From contig CAWDVE010000010.1 of NCBI GenBank assembly GCA_963805625.1, forward strand, positions 1,600,001 through 1,664,000: DNA of 64,000 nt. Direction: 5' to 3'. The DNA is from an uncultured Candidatus Rokubacteria bacterium (lineage in GTDB: Bacteria; Methylomirabilota; Methylomirabilia; Rokubacteriales; DASRDR01). Made by a program: the position numbers and the translations under genes. The notes below the pieces were generated by a model. The model had not been told where the DNA came from and searched no databases. It saw only the letters and a program-made list of their open reading frames with translations. How positions within the stretch are numbered: the stretch's first letter is position 1; each line of letters opens with the position of its first letter. Shown here one piece after another: positions 36,988 to 47,642 of this stretch.

Positions 36988-39876
36988 ATGCGCGCCACCG
37001 TCGACGCCCCTACCCGCCCCGGCGCCCTGACGGAGGCGCGCCCAGCCGGCCGCCTGTCGCATGGCGGCATCTTGACCGTAGCGGCGGGAGCGTTCCTCGC
37101 CGTCGTGTTCCTGGCGCTCCGGTATCGACTGGCGCTCACCCCTACTCTCGCCGAGACGTACTACGACGAGGCCCTCACCGGGCTCATGGCCTTCGCGATC
37201 CTTCACGGCACTCCACAGGTCTTCTACTGGGGGGAGCCGTACGGAGGCGCGATCGGTGACGCCTATCCCGCGGCGCTGGGGTTCTGGCTGTTTGGCCCGT
37301 CCGCCATCGTCCTTCGGATGACGTCGGCGGTCACCGCCGTCCTGTGGGCCTGGTCGGCCTGGTTCATCGCGCATCGGGCTGGTGCGGGGCCGTTCGCGTT
37401 CCTGGCGGGGCTCCTGGTCGCGGTGCCGCCCGTCTTTCTCAGCCACGCCCAGCTATCGACCCACGGGGAGAGCTCCGCGCTGGCCTTCGCTACGGTGGCC
37501 ATGGCCAGCGCCACGTACCTGGTCGATGCGCGCGCGACTCCGGCACGCGCCGTGGCCTGGGCGGCCCTCGGCGTGGCGTCCGGTCTCAGCTGGTGGTCGA
37601 GCCAGATCGGAAGCATGCTCCTGCTCCCCGGCGCCGTCCTCATCGTCGCGCGGCCGCGGGTCCTCCGCAGCGCCGGGCCCTACGCGGCCCTCGGGCTGTT
37701 CTTCCTCGCAAGCTGGCCCTTCTGGATGTGGAATGCACATCACGAGTGGGCCACGTTCCGGCATCTCGCGACGTGGGGCGGGCCGCTGCCGCCGTGGAGC
37801 ATTCGATTCCAGATCGTGGGAGAAACCCTCCTCGAGAGCCTGCGCGACTACTTCTGGGACGGGCGGGCGGTGCGGCTCTCGTCCTGGGCTAGGGCCTTGA
37901 GCTGGATCACGGTGCTGGGCGTGTACGCGCCGGGCCTGTGCGTCGCGATGGCTCGGGCGGTCGTGTGGAGCCAGCGGATCCGGCGGCGGGAGCGGCCGTG
38001 GCGGGACGCCCTGGACCTCGTGGTGGTGGCGTTCTGGGCCACCGTGGCGATCCACCTCCTGACCTGGTTTGGCACCTCCACGGTGCTTCGCTACGCGATG
38101 ACATTCCAGGGAACCCTGCCCGTGCTCTGCGCGCTGGCGCTGGCACGTCTGGCCGCGGTCGGAGGCACCCCCGTCGCGGGCCTGCTCGCGGCGGCGCTCC
38201 TCGGCTTCAATCTGGTCACCCACGTCGCGTTCGTGCGGGACGGAGAAGGCGCGCCCTGGCGCCCCGTTGACGCCGCCATCGCCCGGCTCGAGGCGCTCGG
38301 AATCCATTCCTGCTACGCGGACGGACGGGTCGCGCAGGTCGTCACGTTCGAGTCCAGCGAGCGAGTGCTCTGCACCGACTACGTCGGGTTCCGGAACTAT
38401 GAGTTCCTCCGCGCCGTCGACCGCGTGGATGATCCCTCGGCCGTGGCGATCGTCACGCATCGCGCCCTGCGACGGCCTCACCCCGATGTGATGGCCCAGG
38501 CGCTCGAGCTCGCCGGCGCCCGGTACAAGCGAGAGGATGTCGGCGACTATGCGATCTTCTACAGCTTCGGGGCGCCGGGACCCGTCAAGCCGATCGCCCC
38601 GGCTGGATGGGTCGCGCGGGCCTCGTCCCGGACCGAAGCCGCAGGCCTGGCTCTCGACCGTCGCGTGTGGACCCGATGGAGCGCGCCCAAGCAGCCCGGC
38701 CAGTGGTTCGAGTTGGACCTTGGGCAACTGTACTCCGTCGCGCAGCTGACGCTTGCCGCCGCGCCCTGGCCGAGCGAAGCACCGGTAGGGCTTCGCGTGG
38801 AGACCTCGGTCGACGGCTCGACGTGGCGGACGGTTGCGTCCGTCCGGGAGGTCCTGCCCGGGCTCCACTGGTGGAAGGGCCATCCCCGGATCGACGATAG
38901 CGGAAGGGTCATCGTCCGCATGGAGCCACAGCCCACTCGCTACGTGCGTCTCACCGAGACCGGGAAGGGGGAGCCCGGCGCGCTCTGGAGCATTGCCGAG
39001 CTGTTCGTCCACGAGGCGGCCACCACGCCGTGGGAACCCCCGTCGTCGGCCGCCGAGGCCGCGAGCGCCGCCGAGCGCGAGCTGGACCACTGGATGGACG
39101 ACCCCGAAGGTCCAAATCCGACCCGCGCTCCCGTCACGTACGAGCACCGGCGGGCGCAGGTCCCATGGAACGTGGTGTTCGCCGACGCGAACCGCGCCCT
39201 CATGCTCGCGCCGGAGTGGGAAGGCGCGCACCACGTCTACGGCCTGGCCCTCGCGCGCGCTGGCTGGTCGGACGCGTTCGATCACGACATCGAGCGGGCG
39301 GCGGCGGACCAGGCATGGGGGGAGGTCGTCCGCTGGGCCGAACAGGCGGACACCGTTCCCGAGGGTCTGTGGCGCCGCGGTCGTATGGAACGCTGGGCCG
39401 AGGCTCTCGAAAAGCTCGGTCGAGGTGACGCCGCCGCGGCGGTCAGACTACGATCAGCCCCGGCACCCGCCCTCCCCACCAAGATCCGATTCGGAGACGC
39501 CCTCGATCTGGTCGGTGTGGACCTTCCTGCCGAAGTTCGGCCGGGTGACACCGTGACCGTGCGCTACCACTGGCGGCTGGCGCAATCCCTCCGTCAGGAC
39601 TACTGGGCCTTCCTCCACGTCCGGGGCCTGAAGGACCCCGGCAACCAGGACCAGCAGATCGGGGCCTGGAACTTCGGCACCTCGAAGTGGTCCCCCGGAG
39701 AGGAGGTCCGGCAGAGCGTGACGCTTCGCGTGCCGGCCGACACGCCGCCCGGCCGCTACCCGCTCCACGCCGGTGTCTGGCTGCCCTGGACCGGCAAGCA
39801 GCTCCGGGCGAGCGCGGCCGACCTCCCCATCGTGCGCCGGGCCGTGGTGGTCGGGACCCTGACCGTCAGTCGCTAG
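36988..39876 (+). CDS. GT-C (ArnT/PMT-like) membrane glycosyltransferase with F5/8 type C discoidin domain
   Basis: YYDEA acidic motif after TM1, many TM helices; discoidin TRWS..WFELDLG..SVDGSTW..RYVRL..WSIAEL; C-terminal Ig-like RFGD..PGRYPL. Confidence 0.75.
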   Translation: MRATVDAPTRPGALTEARPAGRLSHGGILTVAAGAFLAVVFLALRYRLALTPTLAETYYDEALTGLMAFAILHGTPQVFYWGEPYGGAIGDAYPAALGFWLFGPSAIVLRMTSAVTAVLWAWSAWFIAHRAGAGPFAFLAGLLVAVPPVFLSHAQLSTHGESSALAFATVAMASATYLVDARATPARAVAWAALGVASGLSWWSSQIGSMLLLPGAVLIVARPRVLRSAGPYAALGLFFLASWPFWMWNAHHEWATFRHLATWGGPLPPWSIRFQIVGETLLESLRDYFWDGRAVRLSSWARALSWITVLGVYAPGLCVAMARAVVWSQRIRRRERPWRDALDLVVVAFWATVAIHLLTWFGTSTVLRYAMTFQGTLPVLCALALARLAAVGGTPVAGLLAAALLGFNLVTHVAFVRDGEGAPWRPVDAAIARLEALGIHSCYADGRVAQVVTFESSERVLCTDYVGFRNYEFLRAVDRVDDPSAVAIVTHRALRRPHPDVMAQALELAGARYKREDVGDYAIFYSFGAPGPVKPIAPAGWVARASSRTEAAGLALDRRVWTRWSAPKQPGQWFELDLGQLYSVAQLTLAAAPWPSEAPVGLRVETSVDGSTWRTVASVREVLPGLHWWKGHPRIDDSGRVIVRMEPQPTRYVRLTETGKGEPGALWSIAELFVHEAATTPWEPPSSAAEAASAAERELDHWMDDPEGPNPTRAPVTYEHRRAQVPWNVVFADANRALMLAPEWEGAHHVYGLALARAGWSDAFDHDIERAAADQAWGEVVRWAEQADTVPEGLWRRGRMERWAEALEKLGRGDAAAAVRLRSAPAPALPTKIRFGDALDLVGVDLPAEVRPGDTVTVRYHWRLAQSLRQDYWAFLHVRGLKDPGNQDQQIGAWNFGTSKWSPGEEVRQSVTLRVPADTPPGRYPLHAGVWLPWTGKQLRASAADLPIVRRAVVVGTLTVSR

Positions 39877-40081
39877 TCCGAGCGCCGCGGGCGCGCCCGA
39901 GCGCTGCAGGACCTGGCAGATCGCCTCATCGCAAACCCGAGGTGTCAAGCACGGGCGTCTGACCGTATCGACGACGGGCAAATCGCTGCCCTGGACTCGC
40001 GCCACACGGCGCGAGTCCTTCGCGACGTGACCTCGTGTGAGATCCGGATTCGGGCGAGCGGCGGCCCCTGTCCATCCGGGC

Positions 40082-41659
40082 TCAGAGATCGTTCCCCGAG
40101 TACGACTGGTTGAACGATTTGTTGCAGAGCGGGAAGTCGGGAACGATGTTCTTCAGGAGCGCGTACGACAGAGGCCGCCAGTTCAGGAACGATGGGTCGA
40201 AGATCTTAACGCGCTCGAGCCGGCCACTCCCATCGGTCATCAGCCAGTGAATGATCCGCCCCCGCCATCCCTCCACCAGGGCAAACGCGGGCTCGAAGGC
40301 CGGACATGGGCCCGGAGGCGACGCCAGCGGTCCCGACGGCAGCCCGCCGACCGCCTGCTCGATCAGCTCCTTCGATTCCCGCGCCTCCTGGACGCGGACG
40401 AGCGTGCGCGCTTTCACGTCGCCCGAGTCGAGCACGGGTACACCGAACGACAGCTCCCCGTACGCCGCGAATGGATGGTCGCGCCGCGCATCGACGTCCA
40501 GCCCGGAGGCGCGCGCCACGAAGCCGAGGACCCCGTGATCACGTGCGATCTGGGCCGTCAGCCGGCCGGTTCCTTCGAGCCGATCGGCCACCAGCGTGTT
40601 GCCGAGGCTCATCTCCACGATCTCGTCGAAGTCCGCCAGAGCCCCGCGCACCTCGGCGGCCACGTCCAGCCCGCCCGGCAGGTCCGTCCGGACACCGCCG
40701 GGACGGAGGGCGCCTCGCAGCAGCCGGTGCCCCGTCAGGCGCTTGTTCAGACGCAAGAGCCGCTCGCGGATCCGGAAGCAGTGCGAGTGGGCCACACCGA
40801 AGCCGGTGTCGTTGGCGATCATCCCGAAGTCACCGACGTGGTTGTAGAGGCGCTCGAGCTCGAGCAGGATCACGCGAAGGTACCGCGCCCGGGGCGGCAC
40901 GACGGTGCCGCTCAGCGCCTCCAACGCTTGGCAGTAGGCCAGCGCGTGCCCGACGCTCGTGTCCCCGGACACGCGCTCGGACAGCTCCACCCCGTCCTCC
41001 GGCATCCGACCCTCGAAGAGCTTCTCGGTCCCCTTGTGCGTGAAGTACAGCCGGGACTTCATGTCGATGATCGTTTCGCCCACGACGCTGAAGCGGAAGT
41101 GGCCGGGCTCGATGATACCCGCGTGCACCGGCCCCACCGGGATCTCGTACACCCCCTCGCCGCCGACTTGCCTGAAGGGAAAGGCCTGGCCGTCGTCACG
41201 GAAGTCCCGGGGTGCGGCGTCCTTGCGCAGTGGGAAGTAGTCCTCCGGCCAGAACGCGTGTCGCACGAGCGGCCGAGGATCCGGATGCCCGTGGGCCCCG
41301 ATACCGAGGAGATCGAAGATCTCGCGCTCGAATCGTGACGCCGGATAGTGGAACGTGGCCAGCGACGGAATCTCGGGCCGCTCGGCGGACACCGCCACCG
41401 TCACGTGGACGAACCAGTTCTCGCGACCCTGGCCGAACAGGTAGTGAACCTCGAACCCTCCGCGATCCCGCCGGCGGTCGGCCCCCACCATCAGGATCAA
41501 GTCGGCCCTGAAGCTCGTGCGCAGCCACCTCGCCAGCCCCGGCACGTCCCCGGCCGCGATCGTGCAGCGGAGCTCCCGCGCGCCGTGAAGCCGCACCCCG
41601 GCGACACGACCGTGAAGCTGCTGACTCAGGGCCGCGGGCAGGCTCTCGAAGGCCGTCAT
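40082..41659 (-). CDS. Ehr large subunit (HyfG/HycE/NuoCD-like) lacking NiFe-binding cysteines
   Basis: GPVHAGIIEPGHFRF, HKGTEKLFE, ERVSGDTSVGH in place of RxCxxC, C-terminal DFPLCNKSFNQSYSGNDL in place of DPCxxC. Confidence 0.9.
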   Translation of the reverse strand: MTAFESLPAALSQQLHGRVAGVRLHGARELRCTIAAGDVPGLARWLRTSFRADLILMVGADRRRDRGGFEVHYLFGQGRENWFVHVTVAVSAERPEIPSLATFHYPASRFEREIFDLLGIGAHGHPDPRPLVRHAFWPEDYFPLRKDAAPRDFRDDGQAFPFRQVGGEGVYEIPVGPVHAGIIEPGHFRFSVVGETIIDMKSRLYFTHKGTEKLFEGRMPEDGVELSERVSGDTSVGHALAYCQALEALSGTVVPPRARYLRVILLELERLYNHVGDFGMIANDTGFGVAHSHCFRIRERLLRLNKRLTGHRLLRGALRPGGVRTDLPGGLDVAAEVRGALADFDEIVEMSLGNTLVADRLEGTGRLTAQIARDHGVLGFVARASGLDVDARRDHPFAAYGELSFGVPVLDSGDVKARTLVRVQEARESKELIEQAVGGLPSGPLASPPGPCPAFEPAFALVEGWRGRIIHWLMTDGSGRLERVKIFDPSFLNWRPLSYALLKNIVPDFPLCNKSFNQSYSGNDL

Positions 41660-43104
41660 GGCCCCACGATCTCGACGATCTGCGCGAGGAGACTCGCCAC
41701 CGGCGCCGGCACGAAGAGTCCCAGGGTGACCAGCGCCGCCATGCACAGGGCAAGGGGGACAAGCCGCCAGCGGTCCTCCTTCCCGCGGACCACTCCGGCG
41801 GGCGGCGTCCCGTACAGCATCCGGTTCGTGTGGGTCACGAACCCGACGCAGGCCACGGTCAGGAGCGCCAGTACGATCGCCATGAGCCAGGGTCGCCCGA
41901 TCGCAAAGCCGGCCCGCAGCAGCGCGAACTCCGAGACGAACAGGCCGAACGGCGGCAGGCCCACCAGGGCCAGCGCCCCGGCCAGGAACAGCCAGCCCGT
42001 CCCGGGCATCGACTGGAGCAGACCCGACACGCGCGCGATGTCGGCCGTCCGGTATCGATGGAGGACTCGCCCGGCGAGCAGGAACATCGTAGACTTCGCC
42101 AGCGTGTGGTTCAGGAGGTGCAACATCGTCGCCACTGTGCCTAGCGGTCCCAGCGTCAGCCCGACGCACATGAGACCCATGTGCTCGATGCTCGAGTAGG
42201 CGAGCATCCGCTTGTAGTTCCGCTGCATCACGAGGCTGAAGGCCGCGATCGCGAGTGACAGGACACCCAGGACGACCAGGAGCCGGTTCGGAAAGGCGTC
42301 GCCGACGGTGATGCTCACCACCGCCTTCCAGCGGACGATCGCATAGAGCGCGACCACGAGGAGCACGCCCGACATCATGGCGGAGAGGGGCGCGGGCGCC
42401 TCGGCGTGGGCGTCGGGAAGCCACGTGTGCATCGGCGCCAGCCCCGCCTTCGTCCCGTAGCCCACCAGAATGAACACGAACGCCAGCTCCATGACCTCGG
42501 GGTGAAGCGCGGGAGCGGCGGCTCTCAGCACGGTCCAGTTCAGGACGGCTTCCTGCGGGTCGGCCCCCACGAAGTCGAAGTACGCGAGCACCGTGCCGGC
42601 GAAGGCAAGGGCGATGCCCACCGACCCCAGCAGCAGGTACTTCCAGGAAGCCTCGACGGATGCCTTGGTGACGTCGAGCGCGATCAGCATCGCGGACGCG
42701 ATCGTGGTGGCCTCGATCGCCACCCACATCAGCCCGACGTTGTTGGTCGTGACCGCGCAGAGCATCGCGAAGGCGAACAGGTTGACGAAGATCTGGAAGC
42801 GGCGGGTCCGCCGGGGCTCGTCGCTCCACTCGAGTCCCGGGCCGAGCCACGCCGCCAGCACGGTCACCACCGACACGCAAGCGGCCAGCAGCGCCGACAG
42901 GGCGTCCGCTCGCAGGAGATCCTGCCACCCGGCCACCACGACCTTGTCCGCCAGGACCTGGCGCCCCAGCACGAGGGCCGCTCCGAGCGAGACCAGGGAC
43001 AGGCCCGCGTTCGCCCAGCCGACGGCCCGCCGGAAGGGCACGGTGACCAGGGCGAGCAGCGCCGCCAGCAACGGCGGGCCGAGCAGGAACCCGAAGGTGC
43101 GCAC
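41656..43104 (-). CDS. HyfF-like proton-translocating antiporter subunit
   Basis: WVAIEATT, EASWKY, GYGTKAGLAPMHTWLPDAHAEAP, KRMLAYSSIEHMG. Confidence 0.9.
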   Translation of the reverse strand: MRTFGFLLGPPLLAALLALVTVPFRRAVGWANAGLSLVSLGAALVLGRQVLADKVVVAGWQDLLRADALSALLAACVSVVTVLAAWLGPGLEWSDEPRRTRRFQIFVNLFAFAMLCAVTTNNVGLMWVAIEATTIASAMLIALDVTKASVEASWKYLLLGSVGIALAFAGTVLAYFDFVGADPQEAVLNWTVLRAAAPALHPEVMELAFVFILVGYGTKAGLAPMHTWLPDAHAEAPAPLSAMMSGVLLVVALYAIVRWKAVVSITVGDAFPNRLLVVLGVLSLAIAAFSLVMQRNYKRMLAYSSIEHMGLMCVGLTLGPLGTVATMLHLLNHTLAKSTMFLLAGRVLHRYRTADIARVSGLLQSMPGTGWLFLAGALALVGLPPFGLFVSEFALLRAGFAIGRPWLMAIVLALLTVACVGFVTHTNRMLYGTPPAGVVRGKEDRWRLVPLALCMAALVTLGLFVPAPVASLLAQIVEIVGP

Positions 43105-43110
43105 CGTTCC

Positions 43111-43767
43111 TCAGTGCCTCAGCCGGCTCAGGCGCTCGACGTCCATGCTCTCGAACGTCTCGTGGATCTGATAGACGAAGATCTGCATGACCAGGAACCC
43201 GAGGAGGGCGTCCAGGAAGACGCCGAGCTCCACGATCAGGGGGATCCCGTAGGTGCCGAGAACGGCCAGGAGCGCCAGGCCGTTCTCCAGCATGAGGAAG
43301 CCGATGACCTGCGTGATCGCCTTCTTTCGGCTGACCAGGACGAACAGGCTGACTAGGATAAGTCCCATGGCGAGCGGCATCCCCGCCCGGGTCGGCAGGC
43401 GGCTGAGCGCCACCAGGGGGCGCGAGATCACGTAGCCCACGAGCACCAGCAGGCCGGCGATGACGAGCGACGTCGCCGTGTTCACGTAGGGCTCGAGCTC
43501 GCGCTCGGTGCGGAATCGCTGCTCCATGCGCCGGAGGAGCGATGGAATCGCGACTCCCTTGACGGCCAAGAGCAACGCGGCCACCCAGTACAGGTCAGGG
43601 CGCCGGCCATAGTACCCGACGACGGTCGTGACACCGGCGAGCACGGTCGACTGCCACGCGAAGGCGTTTACGTAGGCCGGCACCTCGCGCCGCCCCAGAA
43701 GGATGAACACGAACAACAGGATCAGGCTCGAGCCGAGGACGGCCAGCTGGGAGAACGTCGCCGTCAT
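43111..43767 (-). CDS. HyfE-like membrane subunit
   Basis: RKKAITQVIGFLMLENG, PLIVELGVFLD. Confidence 0.88.
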   Translation of the reverse strand: MTATFSQLAVLGSSLILLFVFILLGRREVPAYVNAFAWQSTVLAGVTTVVGYYGRRPDLYWVAALLLAVKGVAIPSLLRRMEQRFRTERELEPYVNTATSLVIAGLLVLVGYVISRPLVALSRLPTRAGMPLAMGLILVSLFVLVSRKKAITQVIGFLMLENGLALLAVLGTYGIPLIVELGVFLDALLGFLVMQIFVYQIHETFESMDVERLSRLRH

Positions 43768-43771
43768 CGGA

Positions 43772-44722
43772 TCACCGCAAGAGGAACGATGACGAGACCG
43801 CCAGGAGCGCCAGGACGAAGGAGACACTCAGAAGCTCAGGCACCCGGAAGAGCCGCAGCTTGGCGACGCATGTCTCGAACCCGGCGACGGTGGCCGCGAG
43901 GACCAGGAGCTTCAGCAGGAAGCTCCCCAGGGCCATCAGGAGCGCCTCCAGGGTCAGGGCGCTGGCCACGCCCCAGGGCACGAACAGATTGCCCAGCAGG
44001 GCGAAGAAGATGAGCAGCTTCGTCGCCGCCGCCCATTCGAGCAGGGCCAGGTAGCGCCCCGAGTACTCGAGGATCATGGCCTCGTGGATCATCGTGAGCT
44101 CGAGATGCGTCGCCGGATTGTCCACCGGCAGCCGCCCGGTCTCCGCCAGGGTGACGATGAAGAGCGCGGCGAACGCCAGCAGGTGCCCCGGGCTCACGGC
44201 CCGCGCTGGATCCGCCAGCGTGCTCACGACGATCCGTCCCAGGTTCGTGGAGCCCGCGCTCAGCGCCAGGGCGAACACCGCCAGGGCGACGGTCGGCTCG
44301 GCGAGGGCGGCGACCGTCACCTCGCGGCTCGCGCCCATTCCTCCGAACGCGGAGCCGGGATCGAGGCCGGCCAGCGCCAGGAAGAACGTGCCCAGGAGGA
44401 GCAGGTACACGAGGACGACCAAATCGCCCATCGCGTCGAACACCAGGGGCGCCGCCAGCACCGGCACCAGGGCCGTCATCGCCACCGTGCTGGCGAAGAT
44501 CACGAACGGCGCGGCCCGGAAGAGCCAGGAGGCGTTCCGGGAGACCACGACCTCCTTCCCGAAGAGCTTCCGCAGCTCGAGATACGGCTGCCAGAACGGC
44601 GCCCCGCGCCGGTTCTGCAGCCGCGCCTTCATCCAGCGAATCAGCCCCACCAGCCCGGGAGCGAGGAGCAGCGCCAGGGACGTCTGCCCGACGGCGACCA
44701 CGTAACGCATCAGCTCGGCCAT
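43772..44722 (-). CDS. HyfC/HycD (NuoH-like) membrane subunit
   Basis: KARLQNRRG..QPY, FGGMGASRE, AETGRLPVDNPATHLELTMIHEAMILEYSG. Confidence 0.92.
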   Translation of the reverse strand: MAELMRYVVAVGQTSLALLLAPGLVGLIRWMKARLQNRRGAPFWQPYLELRKLFGKEVVVSRNASWLFRAAPFVIFASTVAMTALVPVLAAPLVFDAMGDLVVLVYLLLLGTFFLALAGLDPGSAFGGMGASREVTVAALAEPTVALAVFALALSAGSTNLGRIVVSTLADPARAVSPGHLLAFAALFIVTLAETGRLPVDNPATHLELTMIHEAMILEYSGRYLALLEWAAATKLLIFFALLGNLFVPWGVASALTLEALLMALGSFLLKLLVLAATVAGFETCVAKLRLFRVPELLSVSFVLALLAVSSSFLLR

Positions 44723-46749
44723 CGGGACACCAGCAGCAGCATGATGAGCGCGAGGATCATGTAGAGCAGGTAGAGGTGAAGCGATCCCGCCTGGAGCCAC
44801 CGCACGCGGAAGGCCGTCCGGCGCAGGAACGACACGACGGGCGTGTAGAGGAGCCGCTCGATCCAGGGATGCACCTCGCTCCGGTACGCGATCGACTGGA
44901 CGAAGTATCTCGATTCCGGGTGGAAGTCGATCGAGAGATCCTCGGTCGGGCGGTAGAGCTCGGCGAAGACCCGCCGGAGCGGCTCCGCGAACGCGGTTGC
45001 CGTGTACTCCATCCGGGGCGTCTGGCCGATGCGGCCGCAGCCCCAGGTGTCCCCCATGCGAAGCCGCCGATCGGCGGCGCCGAACCGGAACGCCACGCCC
45101 ACGGCCACCGACACCAGCACGAGCCCGGCCGCCACGGCGGCCGGCGCGATCACGCCCGCGGTGCCGGGCACCTCGAGCGTCAGCCCGGGCATCTTGGTCG
45201 CGAGACCCGCGGGCAGCCCGCCGAGCCCGCCCACCGCCGAGGCAAGGACCGGCACGACGAACGAGGGCAAGACCCCGAGAGCCAGACAGGCGAGCGCGAG
45301 CACGCCCATCCCGAGCTGCATGGCCAGCGGAACCTCCCGCGCCCCGGCGGCGTGGACCGTGCGGGGCATGGCGAGAAACGTGATGCCGAAGGCCTTCACG
45401 AAGCAGGCCGCCGCGAGCCCGCTCGTGAGCGCGAGCATCGCCACCGCGAACGCCATGATCAGACCAAGCTCCGGTCGGGGCAGCTGCGGCCCGCCCAGGA
45501 GCGCCTGGAATACGAGCCACTCCGAGGCGAAGCCGTTCAGGGGCGGAAGTCCGGAGATGGCGGCCGCACCCACAAGGAAGCAGAAAGCGGTGCGCGGCAT
45601 GCGCTTGATGAGCCCGCCGAGCTCCTCCATGTTCCGCGTGTGCGTCGCGTGAAGCACCGCCCCCGAGCCGAGAAAGAGCAGTCCCTTGAAGCAGGCATGG
45701 TTGAGGGTGTGGTACAGCCCGGCCACGAGCCCCAGCAGCGCGAGGGCCGTGAGCCCGTAGCTCTGGAACATCAGACCCGCGCCGATGCCCAGGAAGATGA
45801 TCCCGATGTTCTCGACGGAGTGATAGGCCAGGAGTCGCTTGAGATCGTGCTCCATCAGCGCGTAGAGCACGCCCAGGAGCGCGGAGACGGCCCCCGCCGC
45901 CAGGATGGCCCCACCCCACCAGGGCGGGCCCCCGCCGAGCAGATCCAGGGCGACCCGCAGCAGCCCGTAAACGCCCATTTTGATCATGGCGCCGGACATG
46001 AGCGCCGACACGTGGCTCGGGGCGGCCGGGTGCGCGAGCGGAAGCCACACGTGAAGGGGGACCAGGCCGGCTTTCGACCCGAATCCAAGGAGCGCGAGCA
46101 GAAACACGGCATTGCGCGCATGGGCAGGCAGCGCCGACGCGGCTGTACGGAGGTCCGCGAATCCGGTGGACGGCGCGCTCGCCGCCATGAGCAGGAAAGC
46201 CGCCATCAGCAGCACGAGCCCCCCGTGGGCCATGGCCAGATACCAGAGGCCAGCCTGGCGGGTCTCCCGCTCATCGGATTCGGTCAGGACCAGGAAGTAG
46301 GAGGCGACCGACATCATTTCCCAGAGGAGCAGGAACGTGACGACGTTGTCGGCGAGCGGGACGAGACTCAGGGCGAGCAGGAAGAGATTCAGCATGGCCC
46401 CGAGCAGGGGCAGGGAGTGAGTCCCCTCGTAGACGCGGGAATAGGCCCCGCCAAAGAGCGCGCTGGGGATGGCAACGACCTCCACGACCAGGAGGAAGAA
46501 TGCGCCCAGGCGGTCGAGATGCAGGCTGACGCCGCCCGCAATAGCGAGCAGCTGCGGGATCTCGAGCCGGAACGGGGTACCCGAGATCAGCGTGTCGAGG
46601 CCCAGGACGAGCCCGGCAGCGCCGCCGACGATCGCCCCCAGCGTCGTGAGGCCGCGGGCGCCCGCGCGCGTCGGGGCAAGGAGAGCGCCGCCGGCCCCAG
46701 CGACATGGCCGAGGACCATGGCCAGGAAGAGCGGCAGGGTCAGCGACAT
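44710..46749 (-). CDS. HyfB/HycC-like proton-translocating subunit
   Basis: WEMMS, KAGLVPLHVWLPLAHPAAPSHVSALMSG, KRLLAYHSVENIG, WGCG. Confidence 0.92.
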   Translation of the reverse strand: MSLTLPLFLAMVLGHVAGAGGALLAPTRAGARGLTTLGAIVGGAAGLVLGLDTLISGTPFRLEIPQLLAIAGGVSLHLDRLGAFFLLVVEVVAIPSALFGGAYSRVYEGTHSLPLLGAMLNLFLLALSLVPLADNVVTFLLLWEMMSVASYFLVLTESDERETRQAGLWYLAMAHGGLVLLMAAFLLMAASAPSTGFADLRTAASALPAHARNAVFLLALLGFGSKAGLVPLHVWLPLAHPAAPSHVSALMSGAMIKMGVYGLLRVALDLLGGGPPWWGGAILAAGAVSALLGVLYALMEHDLKRLLAYHSVENIGIIFLGIGAGLMFQSYGLTALALLGLVAGLYHTLNHACFKGLLFLGSGAVLHATHTRNMEELGGLIKRMPRTAFCFLVGAAAISGLPPLNGFASEWLVFQALLGGPQLPRPELGLIMAFAVAMLALTSGLAAACFVKAFGITFLAMPRTVHAAGAREVPLAMQLGMGVLALACLALGVLPSFVVPVLASAVGGLGGLPAGLATKMPGLTLEVPGTAGVIAPAAVAAGLVLVSVAVGVAFRFGAADRRLRMGDTWGCGRIGQTPRMEYTATAFAEPLRRVFAELYRPTEDLSIDFHPESRYFVQSIAYRSEVHPWIERLLYTPVVSFLRRTAFRVRWLQAGSLHLYLLYMILALIMLLLVSRWPS

Positions 46750-46751
46750 GC

Positions 46752-47279
46752 CTATCGCCGCAAGGTGCGGGCCGACAGGCGGTCGAGCGCTGCCAGGATC
46801 CCCCGGAGGATGTCCGCCGGCTCGGGAGGGCACCCGGCCACGAAGACGTCCACGGGGACGATCTGGTCGACGCTGCCGGCGATGGCGTAACTCCCCCGGA
46901 AGACGCCGCAGGTCTTGGCGCAGTCGCCCACCGCGACCACCAGCTTGGGGTCGGGTGTCGCCTCGTACGTCTTCCGGAGCGGCACCTCCATGTTGCGCGT
47001 GACCGGGCCGGTGACCAGCAGCAAATCCGCGTGCCGGGGCGAGGCGACGAAGTGGACGCCGAAGCGCTCGACGTCGTAGACGGGACCCGTGAGACCGCTG
47101 ATCTCTAGCTCGCACCCGTTGCAGGATCCGGCATCGACTTCCCGGATCCCGATCGCCCGGCCGAGCAGGCGCCGCGTACTCGCCTCCACCTGCCGCACCA
47201 GCTCGACGGTGGCCGCATCGCCGGGCTCGAGCGGCTCGGTGGCGAGCCCGACCTTCAGGATCTTGGCGAGGAGAGACAC
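46752..47279 (-). CDS. Ehr small subunit (HyfI/NuoB-like Fe-S protein)
   Basis: DAGSCNGCE, SPRHAD, VGDCA, GCPP. Confidence 0.92.
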   Translation of the reverse strand: MSLLAKILKVGLATEPLEPGDAATVELVRQVEASTRRLLGRAIGIREVDAGSCNGCELEISGLTGPVYDVERFGVHFVASPRHADLLLVTGPVTRNMEVPLRKTYEATPDPKLVVAVGDCAKTCGVFRGSYAIAGSVDQIVPVDVFVAGCPPEPADILRGILAALDRLSARTLRR

Positions 47280-47280
47280 G

Positions 47281-47634
47281 TCAGCCCCGCCGGTGCTCGC
47301 GCTTGAGCTCGCGGAGCATGTCCTGCGTTCCGGTGAGCTGGCTGCTGAAGATCCGGCGCGCGACCCGGAGAAGGTCGTCAACCAGGGGGTCGCGCAGGGC
47401 GTACCGGACCGTGGTGCCTTGCTTGCGCGCCGTCACCACGTGGTTCGTGCGCAGCACCGCCAGGTGCTGGGACACGCTCGACTGGTCGAGCGTCAAGACG
47501 GTCTGGAGCTCCTGAACGGTTCGATCGCGCTCCACCAGCAGCTCGACGAGCCGGATCCGGATCGGGTGAGCGAGCGCCTTGAAGAATCGCGCCTTGAACG
47601 CCTGCAGCTCGCCGGTTGCCTGGCTAGCGCCCAC
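47281..47634 (-). CDS. ArsR/SmtB family transcriptional regulator
   Basis: FKALAHPIRIRLVE, VSQHLAVLR, RKQGTTVRY; GTG 47634 preferred over ATG 47655 because the promoter overlaps the latter. Confidence 0.9.
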   Translation of the reverse strand: MGASQATGELQAFKARFFKALAHPIRIRLVELLVERDRTVQELQTVLTLDQSSVSQHLAVLRTNHVVTARKQGTTVRYALRDPLVDDLLRVARRIFSSQLTGTQDMLRELKREHRRG

Positions 47635-47642
47635 GGAGCATG

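Noticed and set aside
40082-47279. Functional NiFe hydrogenase-4 / formate hydrogenlyase
   Set aside because: Large subunit lacks both Ni-ligating CxxC motifs; no fdhF or hyp genes in the window
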